Shown here: positions 9,096 to 18,445 of the stretch, in pieces
Layout of the letters: every line of letters begins with the position of its first letter
Numbering within the stretch: the stretch's first letter is position 1
Virus record (IMG/VR): IMGVR_UViG_3300020045_010452
Location: 1-37,420 of that record
Source: a virus
Taxonomy: Duplodnaviria; Caudoviricetes
Strand: one strand, 5' to 3'
DNA length: 37,420 bases
Notes under the pieces: model-generated
The model's input: the letters and a program-made list of their open reading frames with translations, nothing else
Told to the model about the DNA's origin: nothing
Database searches by the model: none
Position numbers and translations under genes: made by a program

Positions 9096-9410
9096 TTATT
9101 CCCCTTCTGGCATGTCTTCCATGTCTTTTTCTTTTGACATGTCTTTGCCTTTATTTTTTTCCATCATCTCGAATCCGTGAATTTCAAACTCAGTATCATT
9201 GCTGAATCGGCTGATAGATAAACCGGTAACTTTTACTTCCATCATTATTTTACACATCATCCCAACTTTGCAATCTTTTACTTCAGGAAAAAACTCGTGG
9301 CGAAGAGTTACTTGTGGATATATCTTCGGAGGATTTTTTGATTTTTTAGGCGAGCCAATTATTGCCGTTGATTCCATTGTGCTTTCTTGTTTTGGAATAA
9401 CTTTTTTCAT
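9096..9410 (-). CDS. Hypothetical protein
   Basis: 104 aa ORF tightly packed after the portal. Confidence 0.7.
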   Translation of the reverse strand: MKKVIPKQESTMESTAIIGSPKKSKNPPKIYPQVTLRHEFFPEVKDCKVGMMCKIMMEVKVTGLSISRFSNDTEFEIHGFEMMEKNKGKDMSKEKDMEDMPEGE

Positions 9411-9416
9411 ATGATT

Positions 9417-11402
9417 TTATTTTTCTGCGTTATTTGCTTGCGGTACTGCAGGTTGCGGAATCGACCTCATTCCCGCTTCCGTTGCCACTGTTTTAGCGGC
9501 TTCTTGTTTTGCTTTGTACTCATCGTTGGCTGCAATCGCTTCTGGGTTTGAATCTATTCCTGCCTGTTTCAGCATTTGGGCTTTTGCATCCGGTGTCAGG
9601 TCTTTATAATTTATCGATTCATTCGGCGGTTTATTTGCGGTGGCATTTTTTCGTCCTTCAATGACTTGCTGAATTCTCTGATCATTGGAGAATAAAACTT
9701 CTGGGGCGTTCGCTTCGAGCCAGACATTTCCGGCCATTTCTTCCGGGTTGGGATAATCCAATGCCTTATATAAATCTATGAGCGACATCTTTCCGGCTCC
9801 GGCGAGTTCGGTCGCTTGGTTTGCCAGTGCCATTGAATCTTTTGGAAGCAATGAGCCGGGCTTTACGCTGATTCTTACTTTTGGTTTCGGAATATCTTTG
9901 TAGCGTTCATCGTAAACATATAGAAGCTGGACAAACCAGTTGAATACATTATCCGCAACTTGTTCAAGGTACTCACTGAAGCCTCCGCCGATTCTATCAG
10001 TATCAAGAACGCGATTCTGTAATTTTCCGCGCACCGTGTCTTCAGTGGCAAGTCCGGCGGCGCTTGATCCTCGTGTGCCGAATATATCTCGCATTCGCAT
10101 TCTGGTGTCCTGAAGCTGGGTATAAATATCTGCTGGTAATGCAGGGGCGCTCATCCTGACGACTGCATCCTGAACTGATCCGGCCGGTATAGTCACAACC
10201 CCTCCTCGTCTAAGGGCTTCTGTCACGCCTTTAGCTTGTTGCTGTGTGAGTCCGCTGCGTTCCAAAGACACTACCATTCCGCCGTTCATACTGTCGGCGT
10301 TTTTATCGATTTGTTTTAATCTTTTATTGACTAGATCCTGGCTGGCTAAATTCTGTCCGATAAGGGAAGTTTCATCGACTGGCTGTTTGCCAAGATTAAA
10401 TACCGATAATAATATTATTGGTATTTTTGGCACGGGCATATGATTTATTCCTGGTACATCTTTTTCAATCATCACAGGCTGTCCTGTTTCGTCCATTTGC
10501 GGATTTCCCATTTCATCGTACGGCGGTTCCTCTTGGGTTTTTGTATCATAATTCCAATGCGGATTTTTTTTCTTCATTAAGACTTGTTCGTCGCCGAGAG
10601 TCCAGCACATATATTCCTGTGTCCACCATTCGATGAATCCTATCTCGGTTGAAAGTGCCGGTTGATTATCTTTACCCACTGCCAGCTCTTTGATTTTTTT
10701 GATTCCTTCTTCTTCGCCTCCGACTTTTTCAAGTACTGAGAGGATGGATGAAGCAGGAAGCTTCCGGCGCTCTCCGTATCTATCTCCGGTATATCCTTCT
10801 TCGTCTACGGTTGCGCCTGGATCAAGAATGAGTTTTTTAGGTCGTATTACTTTTACCGTCGGCATATCTCTATCCATATCCCAGCCAGGCTTAAAAGCAC
10901 CGAGCAAATATATCGCCCAGTGCCGCGCTCCTTTTTTTAGTTTTAGCCTTAATACAATTTCATCGGCAATTTCAGCCAGTTCTTTTTGAAGCTCGGAAGC
11001 GAATGCCAGATTTTCCGCTGATTGTTTTTCTTTACGTGATAATGTTGCTGTCGGGTCCGGATTGCGCCTGGTGACTTGCGGTAGCCAAGTTTCCAATGAT
11101 TCAAATATTACGGGGTCAAACAGTGGCCGTCCTTTGGATGATTTTGCGGAATCGTACTGTTGTGATTTCCAGTATCTTTCATTTTCTTCGATCATCGTGA
11201 GCCATACTTTATACACATCCGATTCGATCCATTCTTTCTCCCAAGACTTTGTGAGTTTCAGTAGGTCTTCATTTTTAATGTCAATGGTAAGTTCCGGGAA
11301 TTTTTCCGACACCACACCCTGGCTGATTTCCAGTTCAGTGTCTTTGCCTTTAGCTTTGTTTAGATTTTTTCCGAGTGAGTAGAATGAATCGAGAATACTC
11401 AT
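9417..11402 (-). CDS. Portal protein (P22-like)
   Basis: 661 aa after the large terminase; motifs IFESLETWLPQVTRRNP and QDLVNKRLKQI..NA. Confidence 0.85.
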   Translation of the reverse strand: MSILDSFYSLGKNLNKAKGKDTELEISQGVVSEKFPELTIDIKNEDLLKLTKSWEKEWIESDVYKVWLTMIEENERYWKSQQYDSAKSSKGRPLFDPVIFESLETWLPQVTRRNPDPTATLSRKEKQSAENLAFASELQKELAEIADEIVLRLKLKKGARHWAIYLLGAFKPGWDMDRDMPTVKVIRPKKLILDPGATVDEEGYTGDRYGERRKLPASSILSVLEKVGGEEEGIKKIKELAVGKDNQPALSTEIGFIEWWTQEYMCWTLGDEQVLMKKKNPHWNYDTKTQEEPPYDEMGNPQMDETGQPVMIEKDVPGINHMPVPKIPIILLSVFNLGKQPVDETSLIGQNLASQDLVNKRLKQIDKNADSMNGGMVVSLERSGLTQQQAKGVTEALRRGGVVTIPAGSVQDAVVRMSAPALPADIYTQLQDTRMRMRDIFGTRGSSAAGLATEDTVRGKLQNRVLDTDRIGGGFSEYLEQVADNVFNWFVQLLYVYDERYKDIPKPKVRISVKPGSLLPKDSMALANQATELAGAGKMSLIDLYKALDYPNPEEMAGNVWLEANAPEVLFSNDQRIQQVIEGRKNATANKPPNESINYKDLTPDAKAQMLKQAGIDSNPEAIAANDEYKAKQEAAKTVATEAGMRSIPQPAVPQANNAEK

Positions 11403-11431
11403 TTTATTTTATATAAATGTTTTTAAATTTG

Positions 11432-11500
11432 TGCCTCGTGCTGGAGTTGAACCAGACCTCAAGTTTATGGGACTTGTGTGCGCCGATACACTTCTGAGGC
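11432..11500 (-). tRNA. Degenerate tRNA with CAT anticodon (Met/Ile2-like, possibly pseudo)
   Basis: D stem GTGT/GCAC; anticodon arm CAAGT-CCCATAA-ACTTG; T arm CTGG-TTCAACT-CCAG; acceptor only 5/7 paired; no CCA. Confidence 0.6.
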
Positions 11501-11700
11501 ATTTACTGGGAAAGGAACATTGCCTCTCCCACTCTTCCTCTGTTTTATCTTGGGAATATTCTTCCATTTCCTGCTTCCCGGCTTTTATTTATTCTTTCGC
11601 AAACTTTGTGCTGTTGTTTTTCCCAATTATTTTTCTCTGGCGTAATTTTAAAACCTCCTTTTAATTATTATAGCACTTTTTTTTTAATAGCAACAGTGGG

Positions 11701-13443
11701 CTACTCATCGCGCCAGTCATCGTCCTCTTTTGACCACCACGGTTCTTCTCCGACTTCTTGGTGTCCGAACATCGAGTGCGGGTCGAAGTCTACGGTATTG
11801 TCCGGGTTCATCAGATAGCTGTTTGGTTCCGGCGTATCGTTTACCCCGACTATTCCGCCCCGGCCACCGAATCGGTCAACACCGATTCTCCAATATACAG
11901 TGGCGTGAACCCAATCATCACGATCGCTTCTCATCCAAATGTACCGCGGAACTCCGAGCGTGTCGTCCTCTTTTATCCTGTAAATGTGCGACCAGTGAAG
12001 CCAGTATTCGTGCCAGTCTTCCGGTGAGCCTCGGTATAGTTTTATTCTTTTATCGCGATACTCATCAATAACCAGCTGTATCATACGATTACGATCGGCG
12101 AGAACGTTTCCGTATTCGTCCTTATCGCCCCAGCGAATTAACTGCATTGTCTTTCGGTCGCGCGCGTAGTGGCACAGATAAACTCGTCCGGGATATTTTT
12201 CTCTGAGCTTCCGGCTGCCGATTATATCTCCGCCTTGATCCACGATCATTATCGAATCGGCGAATGTTTTTAGGAAATATTCAAGCGTTTGATTCAGTGC
12301 TAATTTATTTACCGAGTCCGGCATATAGTCTTTCATCTGGCCGTATCCGAGCAAGCCTTGCTTGTTGCCGTAGACATATCTGAGCTGGATGCCAGTGTCG
12401 ACTCCGATGACCATTCGTCCAGGGTATAAACTTTTCTCAGACGTAACAGCGCCTTTGATTGTATCCTCACTGACTGCGTTTCCGCTTCCGGCGTATGGAA
12501 GCCCAAGAACTTTATTGTAGAAGAAGTCCATCGTCTGTTTTCCGGACATCACCTCGTTGTATTTGTCGATAATATCTTTTGCTGTAACCCATGGAGCCAT
12601 CAAGAGGCTGATGTGGTATCCGCTCCATTTGGCTTTTTCCGTTCCTTTTTTAGCGCGCCATCTTCCTTTGGCCCGGGCGTGCCAGTCGAGAATGCCGTGG
12701 CATTTTTTGCAGATAAATTCTTTGTTTGTAATATCAACGCTCATCCTTCTCGGGTCTTCCATATTCCACGTAAGTATTTGCGTATGCTGGCAGTGGGGGC
12801 AAACAATGAACCATTCTTTTTGGTCGCTGATTTGCCATTCGATATCTACGCCGGAGTTCTTTACGCTTGGATGGCTGAAGACGTGAGTTTGCTTAAATTT
12901 TGAGTGCTGCAAGCGCGCCTGATAGTCGGCGATGACGTCCTGCTTGCTCGAATCCTTCTCGTCATGGACCAGTCTGTCGGCCGTGATCATAATTGCCGCC
13001 TTTTTTGTGAAAGTTCCCCGGAAGTAGATCATCGATTGCCCGATTTGTTTTTGCTCGATCGAATCTTTATCTGCGGTCAATACTTCCAGATGAGCGTTAT
13101 TGGCGATAATACGATTTACTTTTCCGCCTACGAATATACCGACATCGCCATCGGTCGGCAAGGTGTAGATTATATCCATTTTGTGCGTTTCAGCATCGCG
13201 GATATTTTTTAGTATCTCTAATGTCGAAAGACCGACTTGCGCCGGTTTCATCACTACTAGATTATCGCTTTGGTCATTGTATATGTCCAGCAAGAATTGG
13301 TGCTTGAACCATTCAATCGGGTCGCCTTTTTCGTTCTTGATCTGCCAATGTTCTATCCATGCATCAACGTCATATATCGCCAGTTCTTTTGAATCGCTAA
13401 GTCCGTCAATTTTTGGCAGGGCTGGCCGTTGAGTTTTGGTCAT
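11701..13443 (-). CDS. Terminase large subunit (lambda gpA-like)
   Basis: Walker A MKPAQVGLST, Walker B DRLVHDE, CPHC/CKKC zinc motif, nuclease IGVDTG. Confidence 0.9.
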   Translation of the reverse strand: MTKTQRPALPKIDGLSDSKELAIYDVDAWIEHWQIKNEKGDPIEWFKHQFLLDIYNDQSDNLVVMKPAQVGLSTLEILKNIRDAETHKMDIIYTLPTDGDVGIFVGGKVNRIIANNAHLEVLTADKDSIEQKQIGQSMIYFRGTFTKKAAIMITADRLVHDEKDSSKQDVIADYQARLQHSKFKQTHVFSHPSVKNSGVDIEWQISDQKEWFIVCPHCQHTQILTWNMEDPRRMSVDITNKEFICKKCHGILDWHARAKGRWRAKKGTEKAKWSGYHISLLMAPWVTAKDIIDKYNEVMSGKQTMDFFYNKVLGLPYAGSGNAVSEDTIKGAVTSEKSLYPGRMVIGVDTGIQLRYVYGNKQGLLGYGQMKDYMPDSVNKLALNQTLEYFLKTFADSIMIVDQGGDIIGSRKLREKYPGRVYLCHYARDRKTMQLIRWGDKDEYGNVLADRNRMIQLVIDEYRDKRIKLYRGSPEDWHEYWLHWSHIYRIKEDDTLGVPRYIWMRSDRDDWVHATVYWRIGVDRFGGRGGIVGVNDTPEPNSYLMNPDNTVDFDPHSMFGHQEVGEEPWWSKEDDDWRDE

Positions 13444-13621
13444 ATGGATATTCTCTATTTGGCATTATTCTCGCTTTCATCGTTCCGTTTTCCCAGAGCT
13501 CTCGAACCTCTTGGCATTCGGCGCAAATTACCAGAACGCCTTCCATGTCAGTTCGCAAGCTTGGAGAGCCCTGAACGTATAGTGACATTTTTTTTATTTC
13601 AAAGAATTGGTGTTTGCACAT
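13406..13621 (-). CDS. Small putative Zn-binding protein
   Basis: CxH and CAEC motifs, 71 aa. Confidence 0.55.
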   Translation of the reverse strand: MCKHQFFEIKKMSLYVQGSPSLRTDMEGVLVICAECQEVRELWENGTMKARIMPNREYPYDQNSTASPAKN

Positions 13622-13627
13622 AGTTTT

Positions 13628-14560
13628 TTATTTTATAAAAGTTAATATATGCTCTATTACTTTAGCGTTCATTCCGTTCCCTAAACATTTATATCTTTGC
13701 GAGTTTGAAATTCCTTCAGTAAAATTGTCGGGTAGCGATTGTAATCTTTCACACTCTATCGGGGTTAATTTGCGGATAATCATGTCTTCCATAACCATAC
13801 TATCGGTTTGAACTGTCGTCATTGCGTTTGCCTTATTGCTTCCTATTTCTGGTTTTTTCCCTTCGCCTCTGTTTCTTAATGCTACTGCATACAATCCCGT
13901 CTTCGCCCCTCTGCCTCCGCCATTAGCCGATAAATTTACGCTCTTGCCTTCGGGGCTGTATATTCTGTCGCCTTGTCCGCTGTCTTCGGGTTGCGGAATT
14001 TCTACTTTTTCATAACAAATTTTAAAATTACCAAAACCTTGCTCGATATCTTCTTCTGTTCCCTCCCAATGACTTTCATTTCTTCCTACCCAAAACAACC
14101 TTTTTCTATTCTGTGCCGATACAAGTGCGGCGTTTATCATTACCGGCTCTATACCCCATAATTCTTTGGTGATAGTTTCTTTCGCTTCCTTTGGCATTGA
14201 GTTCACATTTTCCAGTATAAAATATTTCGGCTTAATTTCTTTTATCAGTCTTAACATTTCATAGAATAATCCGCTTCGGCAACCTTTCAGTCCTTCTCTA
14301 TTATTCTTGGCGATAGACAAGTCTTGGCAAGGAGAGCCACCGATTATTAAGTCTATGTTGTCGAATATCCAAGTATTTCCTACTGTGGGATTTATTTGCT
14401 TTATGTCCCCCAGCTGTATCGTATCGGGATAATTCTTTTGGGCTATCTGAATGGCGTATTTGTCAATTTCAGAAGCGAAATATTTATCTACTTTTATGCC
14501 TGCTCTTTCAAGAGCTACCCTGGCACAACTGATTCCGTCGAATAAACTTAGTATATTCAT
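13628..14560 (-). CDS. C5-cytosine DNA methyltransferase
   Basis: LSLFDGI, GGSPCQDLS, ENV, QNRKR, RKLTPIECERLQ and LGNG motifs. Confidence 0.93.
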   Translation of the reverse strand: MNILSLFDGISCARVALERAGIKVDKYFASEIDKYAIQIAQKNYPDTIQLGDIKQINPTVGNTWIFDNIDLIIGGSPCQDLSIAKNNREGLKGCRSGLFYEMLRLIKEIKPKYFILENVNSMPKEAKETITKELWGIEPVMINAALVSAQNRKRLFWVGRNESHWEGTEEDIEQGFGNFKICYEKVEIPQPEDSGQGDRIYSPEGKSVNLSANGGGRGAKTGLYAVALRNRGEGKKPEIGSNKANAMTTVQTDSMVMEDMIIRKLTPIECERLQSLPDNFTEGISNSQRYKCLGNGMNAKVIEHILTFIK

Positions 14561-14567
14561 AATATTT

Positions 14568-14993
14568 TTAATTTTGTTTATCGCTCTCCGCCTCGATGCG
14601 TTTGCGCCGGGCTTCTCTTAAAATAACCAAGGCGGCTTTTTCTTCGTCGCTCATTTTTGCGGTTATGTCAGTCATCTCGACGGTATGTTCAACTTTGCTT
14701 GTCGGTTTCATAGCAGGATCTTTCTTTTCTAACCACCACTGAGCGACCCTCACATCACCGAGAGTAGCAATGATTGTTTTTCTTGCGGCAATATTGGGGG
14801 TTAATTTTAATGCCTCTTTACGCTCGCTAAACTTTGGATTTTTTTGCTGATATCTATAAAGCGTAGCTGGATTTATTCCTGCATAGAGACAAGCTTCGTC
14901 ATCAGGCAATGCGTTACTGAAAGCGTCCTCAAGTTTTGCAAGACAAGTTTTATCAATTTTGGCTGGCCTTCCCCCTGCGTGTTTTCTTTTCAT
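14568..14993 (-). CDS. Terminase small subunit
   Basis: N-terminal GGRP plus HTH (EACLYAGINPATLYRY), AQWWLEK; upstream of the large terminase. Confidence 0.75.
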   Translation of the reverse strand: MKRKHAGGRPAKIDKTCLAKLEDAFSNALPDDEACLYAGINPATLYRYQQKNPKFSERKEALKLTPNIAARKTIIATLGDVRVAQWWLEKKDPAMKPTSKVEHTVEMTDITAKMSDEEKAALVILREARRKRIEAESDKQN

Positions 14994-14999
14994 AGTATT

Positions 15000-15278
15000 T
15001 TATTGAGCTGTAAGTCCTAATTCTTTTATCGTGCTTTCTACTGTTTCTCTCTCGGCGTATGATAGGCAGAAATTAGCCGGGTGATTCACGTCTAACAGAT
15101 ATTGCGCTGCGGTGGTTTTTTTAATGAAGAAGCAGTTTCGTGTTTCGTCTTTCGGGTCTTTATTCGGGCAGATAAAATACATCTTATATTCTTGCATAGG
15201 TGTATTGCAGTTCGGGCAAACTTTATGCAGAAGATTTTGCCACCGGCGGTGCGGTCTTTCTTGTTCGATTGGATTCAT
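15000..15278 (-). CDS. Zinc-ribbon hypothetical protein
   Basis: CPNC...CPN...C pattern. Confidence 0.6.
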   Translation of the reverse strand: MNPIEQERPHRRWQNLLHKVCPNCNTPMQEYKMYFICPNKDPKDETRNCFFIKKTTAAQYLLDVNHPANFCLSYAERETVESTIKELGLTAQ

Positions 15279-15301
15279 TTTATTATTTAATGATTAAAGT
15301 T

Positions 15302-15467
15302 TTATTCTCTTAATTCTGACGGCGTAGTCGAGCTGCTAAACTCCGGCGTTTTTATGTTTTGAAAATCCTTTTTTAGAGGTCGTATTGTTCTAAAATTAAA
15401 GCAGGTTATTCCCCGGCGACTGCTACGCGCATTATCCCGGGTCTTGACATCAGAGTTAAGAGAACAA
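15302..15467 (-). ncRNA. Candidate structured RNA closed by a ~20 bp terminal stem
   Basis: TTGTTCTCTTAACTCTGATG pairs with CGTCAGAATTAAGAGAATAA (2 G-U, 1 mismatch); inner GCGTAG..GTCG/CGACTACGC helix. Confidence 0.5.
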
Positions 15468-15469
15468 TT

Positions 15470-16771
15470 TTACCAGAGTATTTTTTCGCCGTTCTTGATT
15501 ATATTTCTATTTTCGGTGAAGTCGCACCAGCGTTGTACGATCACGTCAATCCATTTAGGGTCAAGTTCTATACCATAGCATGCCCGATTGGTTTTGTGGC
15601 ATGCAATCAGGGTTGCGCCGGAGCCGAGGAATGGATCTAATACAATGTCATCAATTTTACTGTTATTGCCCAGGGCGTACATTACCAGCTCGACTGGCTT
15701 CTGGGTTGGGTGGACGTAATCTTGCGTTGGCTCGCGTTTCATAGTCCATATGGTCATCTTGCCCGCCTTTTCTAAATCTCGTTGGTTTTTAGCCCATTTC
15801 AGCAGTTCAGCATCGGTTTTTTGGAAGTCTATGACGCTGGTATTGGTTCGGTCGCCATAGAATAGCGGTTTAACGCCTTTGATTGTGGAGTAGAAGAATG
15901 GTTCGTGTTTGGCTCTGTAATCTCCCATACCTAATCCGGCGTGAGGTTTATTCCAGATCAGCTGGTATTTTATTTCGAATCCGTTAAGTTTCAATGCATC
16001 TTCGAATATTGATTGAGTTGTCGGGCTGTGGAATATATAAAGTCCGGCTCCGCGCTTTATGGAGTCCGGCCAGTATTTGAATGAATCGTTAAGGAATTCT
16101 CGGAACTGCGCCGAACCCATTTTGTCATTCATTATTATCGTGGAAGTATTTTTTCCTTGTTCGTGATAGTTTACATTGTACGGAGGATCAGTGAAGACCA
16201 TGTCCGCTTTGGCAATGCCCATCAGTTTTTGATAGGTTTCCTGTTTGGTTGAATCGCCGCAGAGTATCCGGTGTTCGCCGAGTTCGTAAATATCTCCGAC
16301 TTTGCTTTTGGCTGTGACAGGAAGAGGAGGAACTACATCATCCATTCCGCTATTTTTTATCACCAATCTTTGCATTCCGGTAATTTGAAGAAGTTCAATC
16401 GGCATGTCTTTTAAAATTCCGATGAGGACTTGTTTATCCCACTCGCTTTCATTAAGGGAATTATCAGCGATGCGGTACATCTCTTGCTCTTCCGGAGTCA
16501 TTGGTTTTTCTTCGGCTTGTCCGCTCACAGTTTTTCCGGCATCATCAATGATCCAGATTTCTTTTAATCCCAGTTCTTGCCGGAATCTCAGATAGCTCAT
16601 CCAGCGACCGTGTCCGGCGAGCAATACTCCCTCTTGGTTCACAAGCGCGGGGATTCTCCATCCGACGCGCTGTACGCATTGAGCCAGTCTTTCAAGCTGG
16701 TCGTCATTGTGCTTTTTACAATTTTTTCCATAGGGCTGAACGCTATCAATTGTGAGATGTGATTTTGTCAT
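15470..16771 (-). CDS. ParB-like N-terminal domain fused to an N6A/N4C DNA methyltransferase (beta class)
   Basis: LLAGHGR ParB-like motif; TDPPYNV precedes HPTQKP and LDPFLGSG. Confidence 0.92.
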   Translation of the reverse strand: MTKSHLTIDSVQPYGKNCKKHNDDQLERLAQCVQRVGWRIPALVNQEGVLLAGHGRWMSYLRFRQELGLKEIWIIDDAGKTVSGQAEEKPMTPEEQEMYRIADNSLNESEWDKQVLIGILKDMPIELLQITGMQRLVIKNSGMDDVVPPLPVTAKSKVGDIYELGEHRILCGDSTKQETYQKLMGIAKADMVFTDPPYNVNYHEQGKNTSTIIMNDKMGSAQFREFLNDSFKYWPDSIKRGAGLYIFHSPTTQSIFEDALKLNGFEIKYQLIWNKPHAGLGMGDYRAKHEPFFYSTIKGVKPLFYGDRTNTSVIDFQKTDAELLKWAKNQRDLEKAGKMTIWTMKREPTQDYVHPTQKPVELVMYALGNNSKIDDIVLDPFLGSGATLIACHKTNRACYGIELDPKWIDVIVQRWCDFTENRNIIKNGEKILW

Positions 16772-16783
16772 TTTATTTTATTT

Positions 16784-16901
16784 AGCACCCGAACCGGATC
16801 ACAAGTGCCGTGGTCGCCCCGATCTCTAACCTCTCCTTTCAGCCAGTGTCCCTTTTCGGTATCTGGCGTCACCGTACCACTACAATACGGGGGCAAGCGA
16901 C
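16784..16901 (-). ncRNA. Candidate multibranch RNA between groEL and the methyltransferase
   Basis: GC-rich intergenic segment: GTCGCTT/GGGCGAC encloses CCGTATTG/TGGTACGG and GCCAG/CTGGC, then GGCACTTG/CGGGTGCT; many G-U pairs on the minus strand. Confidence 0.5.
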
Positions 16902-16921
16902 TTTCCTTACTATTTTATATT

Positions 16922-18445
16922 TTATTCTTGCTCCATTTTAATTTGTTTTGGGTCTTCGACAATAATCCCTGTAGTAGTGATTAGAAGCGAAGCGATGGAT
17001 ACGGCGCTTTCGATCTGGGCTATCAGGACATCTACGGGATCCATTACTCCGACTTTTTGCCATTGACCTATTTCGCCAGTGACAACATTTATCGCTTCGC
17101 CTTCTTTCAGTTCTCGATGTTCGTCAAGACCGACATTTGTTTTCAGTTGCTGGAATGGAACTTTCAGGGCTTCATTTAGAATGTCGCTGGAGGTCTGAAG
17201 ATTTGCTAGGGATATTCCGCCTCCGGCAACCACTCCGCCTTTGAATGCGGCGTGAACGGCGTTGATGGCGTCCTCTACTTTATATCTTAACGCATTTACT
17301 TCGTTTTCGGTAGGGGCGCCAACTTTTACCACTCCGATTTTATTGCTGAATTTAGCCAGTCTGTTTTTAATTTCGTTCTTTTCTTTTTCGCGCTTCTCAT
17401 CTTGCATTGCGGATTTCAGGCTAAAGATAACTTTGGCGATTTCCGGTCTTTTTCCTCTTGGCCCGATGATCACTGATTCATTCCGGCGTGAGATAAATCT
17501 TTCCGCGCGGCCTAAGTTTTCTATTTTTACCGAGTCCAATTTATCGCCTTTCTTTTCGCTGAAGAATTTTCCGCCGGTCATCAAGGCCATGTCCTCGAGC
17601 ATGACAGTTTGGTTGTCGCCGGACGGCGCGTTGATGGCGATGCAGTTGAATTTTCCCTGAACTTTATTTATTACTAAAGTGGCCAGGGCGTTCTGTTCGA
17701 TGTTGTCGCAGATGATCACCAGGTTCAATATCTGTTTGGCGGCCAACTGATTCATAATTCCAATTACGTCATTGGCTTCAGTCAGGCGATAATCGGTTAT
17801 CAGGATATACGGCTTCTCGATTATAGCCTCCATTCGCTGCGGATTGGTTATCATGTAAGGACTGACATATCCGCGATTGATTGTGATTCCTTCTGTGAGT
17901 TCGGTGAATGTTTCCATTGTCCCGGAACGGTCAACAGTCAATACTCCGTTTTCACCGAGAGTATGCCATGCTTCTGAAATGATTTTAGCGATTTTTTTAT
18001 CGTCGAAGCTGATCATTGCCACCTTTAGCAATTCCTCTTTGGTTTTTACCGGCTTGGATGATTTCAAGAGTTGCTCTTTGCATTCGTCAAATGCGACCTT
18101 CAATTCCTTTTCGATTTTCCGGGTATCACGACGAGCCAATTTTGCGATGCGGTTAAAAATTGCCTGGACCAATATCAAAGCGCCGGTCGTGCCATCGCCG
18201 ACTCGGTCATTGGTTTTTATGGCTGTTTCCCTAACTACTTTCATAATAGCGTTTTCTGCCGGGTCTGTGAATTCTAAATCCCGGGCGATTTGAACTCCGT
18301 CATCGACGACCATTCCGTGTGTTAGTTTTGAAATGATCACTTTGTTGCTGGCCGGGCCGAAAGTAGGCTTGATTAAATCTACTGTCTTATTGACTGCGTT
18401 TTTAATTATTTCAAACACGTCTTTTTGATGTACTTGTACACTCAT
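16922..18445 (-). CDS. groEL: Group I chaperonin GroEL, divergent phage form
   Basis: PTFGP, DDGVQIA, GDGTTG, RGYVSPYMIT, VVKVGAPTE, VEDAINA, GVVAGGG and GVMDP motifs; no GGM tail. Confidence 0.95.
   Translation of the reverse strand: MSVQVHQKDVFEIIKNAVNKTVDLIKPTFGPASNKVIISKLTHGMVVDDGVQIARDLEFTDPAENAIMKVVRETAIKTNDRVGDGTTGALILVQAIFNRIAKLARRDTRKIEKELKVAFDECKEQLLKSSKPVKTKEELLKVAMISFDDKKIAKIISEAWHTLGENGVLTVDRSGTMETFTELTEGITINRGYVSPYMITNPQRMEAIIEKPYILITDYRLTEANDVIGIMNQLAAKQILNLVIICDNIEQNALATLVINKVQGKFNCIAINAPSGDNQTVMLEDMALMTGGKFFSEKKGDKLDSVKIENLGRAERFISRRNESVIIGPRGKRPEIAKVIFSLKSAMQDEKREKEKNEIKNRLAKFSNKIGVVKVGAPTENEVNALRYKVEDAINAVHAAFKGGVVAGGGISLANLQTSSDILNEALKVPFQQLKTNVGLDEHRELKEGEAINVVTGEIGQWQKVGVMDPVDVLIAQIESAVSIASLLITTTGIIVEDPKQIKMEQE

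Noticed and set aside
15470-16771. ParB domain as a plasmid partition system
   Set aside because: ParB-MTase fusions near terminase genes are common in phages, and no ParA is present.
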